From Eledone cirrhosa (taxonomy: Eukaryota): a DNA stretch of 64,000 nt. The stretch is from positions 7,750,001 through 7,814,000 of the forward strand of contig OZ024757.1 in NCBI GenBank assembly GCA_964016885.1. The letters are read 5' to 3'. Positions 1-64,000 of this stretch are shown here, in pieces (the stretch's first letter is position 1; every line of letters starts with the position of its first letter). The position numbers and the translations under genes were made by a program. Under the pieces are notes generated by a model. The model worked only from the letters and a program-made list of their open reading frames with translations, was not told where the DNA came from and made no database searches.

Positions 1-138
1 GTGTGACTGTGAGATTCTGTGTACACACACGGTATGCGTGTGTATGTAAGAATACATTTTAGTTATAACGACTGTTATCAAGATTAGAGAAAAATCAGTA
101 GTAAATGTATATTTACGAGGAAGCTAAGACGCCGTGTT

Positions 139-243
<105 letters not shown>

Positions 244-402
244 TTGGAAAGGACATGGTAACTTGTTTCTTTTTGTGTTCGGACCTGGTGTATTTATCAG
301 TATATCAGAGATAATGAATCTAATAACTGTTTTCTGTATTTGTAATATAAATTTGTATATATATACATACAGTTTTACTATTATTTTGTTTATGTTTTCT
401 AG

Positions 403-53504
<53,102 letters not shown>

Positions 53505-53779
53505 AAACCTCTGTCTACTATTAGTGAACATAGAGTAAATATGGGATATTTTAGGAGAAAAAAACATTTCAAACGTACAGAGAATCTACCACTGTAAATT
53601 ATTTCAAATATTAACTGATTTGATATCTAACACAGTTAATTTTAAAATAAATGGATAAATGTAGAAATATAGGGAAAATCTGAGGAAGTACTAATGAATT
53701 TTATCCACCATTTTTCGATATTTCGGTCCTCTCTCTTTCAATCTCTCTCCCTCTCACTCTCTCTTTCTATCTATCTCCC

Positions 53780-56110
53780 TCTCACTCTCTCTCTCACTCT
53801 CGCTCTCCATTTCTCTCCACCCTTCACGACCCCTCCCCTCATTGCTTTCCATCTGTTTTTTTTATTTGTTTTTCGTTTTGTTTTTTTAACTACCGTCTCC
53901 CCTTTGGACACCCCTTTTCCACTCCCCGTCCCTACAATGCCTAACCTGTAATCCTTCCTCCACCAACTCCACACCCACTTCAAACACCACCTCACACTTC
54001 TCCTCCCTCCCTGCTACCTCCAACCCTCCCTCTAACTCTCCTACCTCTTCTTTGCTAAGACCCAGCATTCCAGCCACATCCGCTGCTTCCATCTACTCCT
54101 CATCCCCCCGTATTTCGGCTCCATTTCCACGCCTCCCCCCTCTCATTACTCCCAACCCAACACGACCTTACCCGCCCCACCCGTCTCCTCATACGTGTCT
54201 CACTCCGCTCCTCCCATCTCCTCGTGCACGTCTCAATCCGCTTCTCCCTCTCTACACCCGCAACCTCGACCACAACCTACCCCAAACCCTTCTTCACCTC
54301 AACTCCACTCCCCCCCCCCTCACCAGCTCCATCCTTCTTTTCATCCATAACCTCAACCATGATCTCTTCTCCTTCCTCCCAACCACCACCACCCACCTCT
54401 GAGACCCCTCCAGCCCCACATAATCCATCCACCCCCACATCTAACCCCTCCACACCCACCAAACCCCTCCACCACCACCTAATCTTCCCCCACCACCTAA
54501 CACCTCCACCCACATCTAACCCCTCCACACCCACCAAACCCCTCCACAAACATCTAATCCTTCCACCACCACCTAACACCTCCACCTACATCTAACCCCT
54601 CCACACCCACCAAACCCCTCCAGCCCCACCTAATCCCTCCACCCCCACCAAACCCCTACACCCATATCTAACCCCTCCACACCCACCAAACCCCTCCAGC
54701 CCCACCTAATCCCTCCACCACCACCTAACACCTCCACCCACATCTAACCCCTCCACACCCACCAAACCCCTCCAGCCCCACCTAATCCCTCCACCGTCAC
54801 CTAACACCTCCACCCATACCTAACCCCTCCACACCCACCAAACCCCTCCACCACCACCTAATCCTTCCACCACCACCTAACACCTCCACCTCACCCAACG
54901 CCTGCACCGCCATCTAACCCCTCCACCACCACCTACCCCTCCACCCCCCACTTAACCACCCCAACCTAACCCAACACCGCCCCACCACCCATACCTTCCC
55001 CTTCCCCTAAACTAATACTAACCTCTACTCACACACACCCACACCTCACAACCCAACTAACCCCCTTACCACCTGCCCTACCCCACCCCACCCAACTCCA
55101 CACACTCATCACCGTCACCCCACCTTCGCCCCCACCCTACCAACACGTTCCCACCACCCATACCTTCCCCTTCCCCTAAACTAATACTAACCTCTACTCA
55201 CACACACCTACACCTCGCCACCCAACTAACCTCGACCCAACTAACCCCCTTACCACCTACCCCACCCCTACACCCTAGTTAACCCCTCACACCCGTCACC
55301 CCTACCCCTCCACACCGCCCCAACACCCATACCTTCCCCTTCCCCTAAACTAATACTAACCTCTACTCACACACACCCACACATCGCCACCCAACTAACC
55401 CCTATCACCTACCTCACCCCTACACCCCCACGTAACCCCCCCGCACCACCACCCCTCCACCCACACCCCCACGTGATCCCCCATCCCCCACCCCCACTTA
55501 ATCCCCCACCATCCACCCCAACTTAACCCTCACATCCGTCGCCCCTACCCTCACCCACACTTAACCCCTCACACCCAGTAGCCCCACCCATCCACCCCCA
55601 CTTACACCCTCACCACCTACCACACACCCACACTTAACCCCTCTCCCCTGTACCCCCCTCCACTCCCACTTAAGCCCCCACTTAACACCTCACACCCGGC
55701 ACCCCCCTATCTACTCCCACTTAACCCCCACTTAACCCACACTTTACCCCCACACTCGTCACCCCCACGCTCCACCCCCACTTAACCCCCACACGCGTCA
55801 CCCTCCACGCTCCACCCCCACAAAACCCCTCATACCCGTCACCCCCCGTCCTTCCAACACCACCCTCTGCTCCCACTCTCCCGAAACGACCACTACTTCC
55901 GGTTGCGTGTGCCACACTGCCATTTCACTTCCTCATTACCATTTTACTCTCGCTCCAGCTTTATCTTTACCTCATGATACCATCGACCTCTTCTACACAT
56001 ACACCTTACCTTCCACCATCCCTGCCCAGACTCTCATTTTCTATCTTCCCCAACCTTTCTCTTCGCCTCCACCCACTGCTATACACACTTGCCATCCTCG
56101 ACCTATACAC
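53780..56110. repeat. C-rich low-complexity region with degenerate minisatellites
   Basis: Repeated ctaacccctccacacccaccaaacccctcc (54.4-54.9 kb), three copies of ccataccttccccttcccctaaactaatactaacctctactcacacacacc, and cacttaacccc repeats. Confidence 0.85.
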
Positions 56111-56913
56111 CCCTTCCTACCCCTTTATTTTCACTTTTTAAAAAATCTGTTTTCTTTATATCTATTTTTATTTTTCCTTCTTTACATGTTCTTGTTTACT
56201 TCTCTCCTTACAATCGTGCTTCAGTTCCTCTTGGAGTTCCTTACCTACATTTTGTTTGTTCTTTCCAACTATGACCACAGTGCTGGCAAACCAGGTGATG
56301 CTTGCTAAAGTAAGGGATGCACCTTGTTTTGGGGGGGTACGTTTGTTGACCCTTTCATATATATTATAGATAACGAGGAATCAGTGATGCATCAAAACAC
56401 ATTTTGTTAACATATTACATATGTTTCTCCGATGATCAGCTCAAGGCAGGATCTATTATAGATCCAACCTGACTCTACATTCGCAGGGTCCTCAGATATA
56501 TTTAGCGTTTTCAAAGCATTTCATCTGATTGAAATCATTCGATCCCTTCCATCGTTAACAATATACATAATTTCATTTGAGTTTCTGTGAAAGATAGCAT
56601 GAACACCATTCCACACTCTCCTACTTTCATCAACATCAATCACCAGAGTGAATGAGTGGGAGGGGTTGTGAAGGGTAGATAGAAAGAGAGAGGGAGCGAG
56701 AGATTGAAAGAGAAGGGAGTCGAGATATCGACAAATGGAAGATAAAATTCATTAATACTTCCACACATTTTAAATATATTTATACATTTATTTATTTATT
56801 TTAAAATTCACTGTGTTAGATTATGTATGAAACATTATGTAAAGAATAAATAATGTTGATAAGTGTGTTTTGTTTGTTCATCATTTTCTGTTTATATGCA
56901 TATATATATATAT

Positions 56914-58278
56914 ATATTAATTCAAAATATTAACAAAATAGATATTCTTGTGATCAATTATATTTTATTATACATATTTCAGAGGTACTGAGTTAAGTTC
57001 AACAGTACGTCCTCATCAGATAAAATAATATGATGCATGACATACCCTGACATAGTAGATGGTTAAGATTCAGTCATGGTAGTGATTAACTTATGACAAA
57101 ACTCACTATTTATAACCTAATATTGAGAACATGAGATAACATAATACAAACAATAGAGAGGGTGCGTGTAATAGAGCTTAAGAAATACATGGCATCAATA
57201 TAACTGTTATAACATTTTTTTTTAAACTACTGGAGAAAGAGGAGGGAAAGGAAAGCATAGAGGAAGAAACAGTTGATGTGATAATATATTTAGTAGGTGG
57301 CTTGAACAATATTTGCAGTAACTTATTTACTATATTGCATTATTGCATTATATTATATTATATATATTTGAAAGGTATCACCTCAATTATAAACAAATAA
57401 TAAACTATAATCTTTGTATATTTTAAAAATTCGGACTCTTTAAGTTTAGTTATAAGGCCGGTTGATACTTTAGGCACTCAAACTATTTAACAATAAATTC
57501 TTTAATAATTATAACTATAATTATTTTATAAATTATATTATATAAACTGTTGTCAATATTATAAATAATTTTGGTAAAGATTACCTTCGTGAAGATATAA
57601 AAACATTATATATATATTTTCTTTCTCGTGTTTCGTAAATCCTTTAAATTTGTTTTCATAAAATTTGAATTTTAGAAATTAAACATAATTATAATATTAA
57701 TACAAATACCTATTAACTTTTAAAACCTAAAATATTATTCATTACTCTGAAATAACTTAAATTAAATATTTTGAAAATTAACCGGCAACGATATTAATTT
57801 GGACATGTGTTGCATATATAAACTTGAACATAAATTACTCCCCTTTGTCTCGCTCTCTCTTTAATCATCTTTCATCTGTTTTTTCAAGCCACCTACTATA
57901 TATATTATCACATCAGCTATTTCTTCCTCTATGCTTTCCTTTCCCTCCTCTTTCTCCAGTAGTTTTTGAAAATAAAAACATTTATAACTGTTATATTGAT
58001 GCCATGTATTTCTTAAGCTCTATTACACGCAACCTCTCTATTGTTTTTATTATGTTATCACGTTCTCAATATTAGGGTATAAATATTGAGTTTTGTCATA
58101 AGTTAATCACTACCATGACTGAATCTTAACCGTCTACTATGTAAGGGTATGTCATGCATCATCTTATTTTATCTAACGAGGACCTACTGTTGAACTTAAC
58201 TTAGTACCTCTGAAATATGTATAATAAAATATAATTGATCACAAGAATATCTATTTTGTTAATATTTTGAATTAATAT
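56914..58278. mobile_element. Foldback/MITE-like element with ~390-bp inverted arms
   Basis: 56914-57306 is the reverse complement of 57883-58278 with scattered mismatches; AT-rich ~575-bp spacer; no transposase ORF. Confidence 0.75.
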
Positions 58279-58390
58279 TAATAACTCTGGAAAACCTCAC
58301 TGTTGAGTGCTTCCAATCTATTGTAAAACTCATTCTTTGATGTATTCATTGAACCTTGTTTAACTTTTAAATATATATATATATATATAT

Positions 58391-58493
58391 ATAGGAACCA
58401 GTAAGACCCCGACGGCTGAGCTCAAGCCGTTTCGACGGCTAATTAGCCGTCGAAACGGCTTGAGCTCAGCCGTCGGGGTCTTACTGGTTCCTA
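58391..58493. repeat. Perfect ~100-bp palindrome next to (TA)n
   Basis: ataggaaccagtaagaccccgacggctgagctcaagccgtttcgacggct-aatt-agccgtcgaaacggcttgagctcagccgtcggggtcttactggttcctat. Confidence 0.92.
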
Positions 58494-58661
58494 TTACCCA
58501 CTCTACTACCCCAAGTATTGAGTACTTTGGTGCGTTATGGTCCACCTGGTTCCTTACCACATTTCCTTCGTTATATATATATATATATAAATATATGTTT
58601 TTTTTTTCAAGTTGCGACAGTAAACAAAACAAAAAAACGTGGAAGCGAAGAGGCAGTACAA

Positions 58662-58850
58662 ATGTTGGTGAATTGGCAGTATCGGTAGAGGGTTGGACGC
58701 CATAGTTTCTAGCAGAGTTACGTCCCTTTACGATCTGAGTTCAAATCCCGCCGAGGTTGACTTTGCCTTTCATCCTTACGGGGTCGATAAAATAAAGTAC
58801 CAGTAATGTACTGGGTAATTGCTGGCCTTGTGCCTAAAGTAGAAAAATTT
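58662..58850 (+). mobile_element. Near full-length tRNA-derived SINE
   Basis: A-box-like tggcagtatcgg, B-box gagttcaaatccc; same body as the 50.6 kb copy. Confidence 0.85.
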
Positions 58851-58859
58851 ATTAGTTTC

Positions 58860-59740
58860 ACGCTTGAGAGTGGGGGTTGGGGGACGACGTTTCGGGCATA
58901 AGCCCTTCATCAGGAGAAAAGTGGGCAGGAAGAGGGTTCCGAGGGTGTGTGGGGGAGTGATGGAAATACATTAAAAATATTAGTTAAAAATAGGTGGGGC
59001 GAGAAATGGGAGGAAAAGGAATTTTTTGGAGAGTAAAAAAATTAAAATTAAAAGAAACAAGTGGTGAAATGGTGCGAGGCGTGTAGGGGTGGTGGTGGGT
59101 GGAGTGGTGGAGAGGGAGTGTATCTGTGATGATGTGAGGGAAGGGGAGTAATATAAGTGGAGGGGGTCGAATGCTAAAGGAAGAGGGGTGGCGAGTTCAG
59201 GCCGGGGGGTATGTGGATCTGTAGGGTGAAGATGGTGTGTTGCTCGACCGTGAGGCGGGTGGCGGGGGTCCCATGGCATTGGATCAGGCCGCAGACTGTG
59301 AGGTGGTGGGCGGAATGTCCAGGGGAACCAAAGTGGCGGGCGATGAGGGAACTCCCGCCGAGACGGATATCTCCAAGGTGCTCAGTGAACCTATCCGCCA
59401 GGCGACGTCCAGTCTGTCCGACGTAGGTTGCGCTGCACTCTGTGTAGCGAAGTCCATAGACGAGGTTGGAGGAGGTGCAGCGGAAGGCATGCCGGACAGA
59501 GAAAGAGTGGCCGTTGGGACGCTGGAAGGTGGTGGTGTTGGTGATCTGGGGGGGGGGGGCAGGTGTGGCAACGAGGTCTAGAGCAGGGAAGGGAACCGGG
59601 GGCGGGTGTGCTAGAGAGCTGTGGACGAGGAGGGAGCGGTGATTACGCGCGTGTTTGAATGAGGGGAGGGGTGGGCATAGGAAGATGGTGGAGGTGGAGG
59701 AGGCGGACTGGAGGCGTCGGAAGAGGCGGAGCATAGTGCG
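58860..59740 (-). mobile_element. 5'-truncated Penelope-like retroelement; GIY-YIG endonuclease fragment (ORF 59174-59734)
   Basis: CTSSNLVYGL..ECSATYVGQTGRRLADRFTEH..IARHF..GH..EQHTIFTL..PPGLN matches the Penelope-like (Neptune-type) endonuclease C-terminus. The RT is absent. Confidence 0.9.
58886..58913 (-). ncRNA. Minimal hammerhead ribozyme motif of a Penelope-like element
   Basis: Minus strand CTGATGA-a-gggc-ttat-gccc-GAAAC-GTC: conserved core, 4-bp stem II and GUC triplet. It lies downstream of the GIY-YIG ORF on the same strand. Confidence 0.75.
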
Positions 59741-60476
59741 GTATATATATATATTGGTTACTACTTACATGTACCACTGTCCTGTGTTTGCCCCTCCTAT
59801 CGGTATGTTTTCTACTTTTTTTCCTTTATTTCTCTCCTTTATTTTCCTTTTTTCTTTTTTTTTCTTTATTTCTCTCTCTTCGCCATCACTTCTTTCCCTC
59901 ATGGCTTTTTGATATATAAAAGTCTATGGGCGTGCTACGGATAGATGTAATGTCTATAATGCGCTGAAACATCTGTGACACGTTGTAGACAACTGATGAA
60001 GGGAAACTGTTTATCTCTTGTTTGTGTCGCCTTACTAACACGCGTTATCAGTAACCACACAGCAACATCTCTCTCAATCCATATTTTTGTATTTACTGCT
60101 GTGACCTCCTCTCCACCCTCTCTATCTCGCTTGGTTTGTTTTTCCTGGTCGGACCTATATCCTGTCACTCTTTTGGATCAACTCCTTCTCCTCTCTCTTT
60201 CTCTCCCCCTGTCTCCCTCTCCCTTTCTCTTTATCGATCTCTCTTGTTTATTAGTTCTGGTTAGACTTGCGTTGTGTCACCCTGTATTAACTTCCTTTCT
60301 CTCCTCCTCTTTCTCTCTCTATATCCTTCGTAGTCACCACTTCTGCCTTCTACCCCTCTTTCGCTTCCGGTTCCTCCGTCTTTCTTTGCGTTTGCTTTCA
60401 CCGAGAATAGATGTGTTTACCATGCTCCACTGTTAATATGGAACACACTTTCGATGTATATAGGTAAATATATCTT

Positions 60477-61375
60477 ACATTGGCTCCCTACCTTTTTATC
60501 ATCGTAGTGGACTATTATATGCGCCTTGCACTGGAGAAACACCAGGACTCTGGCTTTACTGTAGCACCGGCTCAGAGCAGGAGAGTTAGGGCGAAAAAGG
60601 TATCGGATGCTGAATTTGCCGACGAAAATGTTTCGGTGACAAATAAGTGAAGGAGGCAGAGTATTTGATGATGGAGGTTGAGACTGTGTTGATGAGTGTG
60701 GGGCTGAGAATGAATGAGACTAAAACAAAATATCTGGTAGAGAATGTTGAGAAGCCAGAGGGGATTACTAATGTAGGCGGGAAGCCGCTGGAATTGGTTG
60801 AGGACTTCCTGTATTTGGGAGCAAAGATTGGGAATACAGAAGATGATGTGGTTGAGAGGAAGAGCAAAGCCTGGGCGCCGTGCCACAGCTTGAGATCGGT
60901 GTCGGAGGCTGACCTTCTTAAAGACAAGAAAATCCGCTTCTTAATTGCTGTAGTGGAGTCTGTGCTGCTGTACGGGTCTGAGACTTGGACACTGACCAAG
61001 AAACGCACTCAGATGGTGGATGGGTGCTACACGAGAATACTGATGATGGCTCTGAACATTAATCAGTATACTCTGAGGATGAAAAACTCAGAGGTGTATG
61101 GGAGACTCTCAAAAGTCAGCTCAAAAGGGACACAGAGGAGACTGAGGTTAGCTGGACATGTTCACCGGCATCCAGAATTGACATTGCACTCAGTGCTCCT
61201 GTGGGAGTCCCTACATGGACACACTGGAAGTGGAAGATCAAGGTTAACGTATGTTGATGCCCTAAGGACAGACACTGGTCTGTTGGAGATGCAGGACATG
61301 GCAGCGATAATGAGGGACAGAGACCGCTGGAGAGAACTCGTCCATGGATCTCGGGAATTTTACCCGCCCTCGAAA
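60477..61375 (+). mobile_element. 5'-truncated RTE-clade LINE, reverse transcriptase C-terminal half, degenerate
   Basis: TLAPYLFIIVVDYYMR...EFADE (degenerate FADD), a frameshift near 60647, then FLYLG, ESVLLYGSETWTL, DGCYTRIL, RRLRLAGHVHR. Confidence 0.9.
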
Positions 61376-61649
61376 AGGGAATATCTTAAAGAAAACACAC
61401 ACATATATATAAATACACCCTTACATACACACAGACAGACACACACAGAGACTCACACACAAAAATATACAAACGCTAACAGAGAGATTCCGACCAGAAC
61501 ATTCCAGAACAGACCTTCTGAGTACCAAGTCCCAAATAGGAAAAAACAATCTTGACATGAAGAGGTGTATGTTATACATATTTACAGAAACAAATGTTCC
61601 ACAATATACAATGTAAACAAAACACAGGCTTCATCAAGGTCAGATACAC

Positions 61650-64000
61650 GACAACCTACTACACTATATCACATCACACTACACTATATGACATCAAACT
61701 ACAATATACCACACTACACTCAATCACATCATACAACAATATACCACACCACACTACAATATATCACATCACACTACAATATATCACAAAATACTACAAT
61801 ATACCACACCATACTAAAATATACCACACTACACTATATCACATCACACTACGATATGCCACATCGCACTACACTATATTACACTACACTACTATATAGC
61901 TCACCACACTACAATATACCACACCACACTACACTATACAACACCACACTACACTATACAACAGCACACTACAATATACGACACCACACTACACTATATC
62001 ACATCACACTACTATATACGGACACCACATTTCACTATATCACACCACACTACAGTATATCACATCACACTACACTATACCACACCGCACTACAGTATAT
62101 CACACCACACTACAATATACCACAACACACTACAATATACCACATCACACCAATATACCACACCACACTACAATATATCACATCACACTACTATATATCA
62201 CACCACACTACAATATATCACACCACACTACTATATATCACACCACACTACAATATATCACACCACACTACAATATACCACACCACACTTGACTATGCCA
62301 CAACACTACTATATACCACACTACACTATACCACACTACTCTACAATATACCACACCAAACTACAATATATCACCCCACACTACAATATACCACATCACA
62401 CTACAATATACTACACTACACTATACCACATCACACTACAATATACCACAGAACACTACAATATATCACCCACACTACAATATGTCACACCACACCACAA
62501 TATATCCCACCAAACCACATTATAGTATACCACACCACACTACACTATATCACACCACACTACAATATGTCACACCACACTACAATATGACACACCACAC
62601 TACATTATGCCACATCACACTACACTATATCACACCAAACTACACTATATCACAACACACTACAATAGACCAAATCACACTACATTATACCACACCACAC
62701 TACACTATATCACATCACACTACTATATATCAGACCACACTACAATATATCACACCACACTACAATATACCACACCACACTACACTAAATCACACCACAC
62801 TACAACATACCACAACACACTTCAATATATCACACCGCACTACATTATATCACACCAAACTACAATATATCCCACCACGTTACAATATATCACACTACAC
62901 TACACTATATGACACCACACTACAGTATTCCACACCACACTACACTATTTCACATCACACTACCATATACCACACCTCTCTATAATATGCCACACAACAC
63001 TACAATATACCACACTAGACTATACCACACCACATTACAGTACATCCCACCACAGTATACCACACCACACTACAATATATCACACCACACTACACTATAA
63101 CACACCACACTACAAGATATCTCGCCACACTACAATATATCACTAACCCTACACTCTATCACACCACACTACAATATACAACATCAAACAACAATATACC
63201 ACATCACACTACAATATACCACACCACACTACAATATATCACATCACAGTACTATATATCACACCACACTACAGTATATGACATCACACTACAATATATC
63301 AAACCCCACTACAGTATATCACACCACACTACAATATATTACAACACACTACCATATATCACACCACACTAGATTATACCACACCGCACTACACTATATT
63401 ACACTACACTACACAATATCACAACACACTACAATATACCACACCACGCTACACTATATTAAACTATACTACAATATACCACACCAAACTAAAATATATC
63501 ACAACTCACTACACTATATAACACCACATTACAGTATACCACACCACACTACACTATATCACATGAAACTACTATATATCACACCACGCTACAGTATATG
63601 ACATCACACTACAATATACCACAACACACTACAATATACCATATCACACCAATATACCACACCACACTACAATATATCACATCACACTACTATATATCAC
63701 ACCACACTACAATATATCACACCACACTACAATATACCACACCACGCTTCACTATACCACAACACACTAAAATATATCACACCACACTATATAACACCAC
63801 ACTACTATATACCACACTACACTATATTACACTACTCTACAATATACCACACCAAACTACAATATATCACCCCACACTACAATATACCGCATCACACTAC
63901 AATATACTACACTACACTATACCACATCACACTACAATATACCACAGAACACTACAATATACCACCCACACTACAATATGTCACACCACACCACAATATA
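61650..64000. repeat. Degenerate pentamer-based simple satellite (~20-bp unit accacactacaatatatcac)
   Basis: Direct reading. The His/Thr/Tyr-rich ORFs in all three frames are by-products. Confidence 0.95.

Noticed and set aside
54400-55800. Interstitial telomeric repeat or Pro-rich gene
   Set aside because: No tandem CCCTAA run; the ORFs are compositional artefacts.
61565-63601. His/Thr/Tyr-rich proteins
   Set aside because: Open in several frames because the G-poor simple repeat rarely forms stop codons.

Overview
AT-rich, microsatellite-dense eukaryotic DNA. The tRNA-derived SINEs resemble ones I recall from octopus/cephalopod genomes; this assignment is inference. Positions 1-46.7 kb are a tandem array of ~1.4-1.5 kb units that looks like satellite DNA, and the ORF track there is mostly noise. 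However, each unit carries one or two small + strand, splice-site-flanked, phase-1 symmetric exons. Exon A is 60 nt (27 copies, all open, all AG/GT). Exon B is 66 nt (30 copies: 19 with a GTAAGT donor, 11 with a mutated donor). Downstream are three diverged, single-copy 63-nt exons with homologous intron flanks (49241, 51889, 52498) and a candidate terminal exon (53440-53504); together they encode a Tyr-motif-bearing C-terminus. The window therefore appears to hold the 3' part of one gene whose micro-exon cassette has been amplified about 30-fold. The rest is repeats: a 96-bp minisatellite, non-autonomous Helitrons, SINEs, a Penelope-like GIY-YIG fragment with a hammerhead ribozyme, an RTE-clade LINE fragment, long inverted repeats and a CAC/TAC-rich simple satellite.
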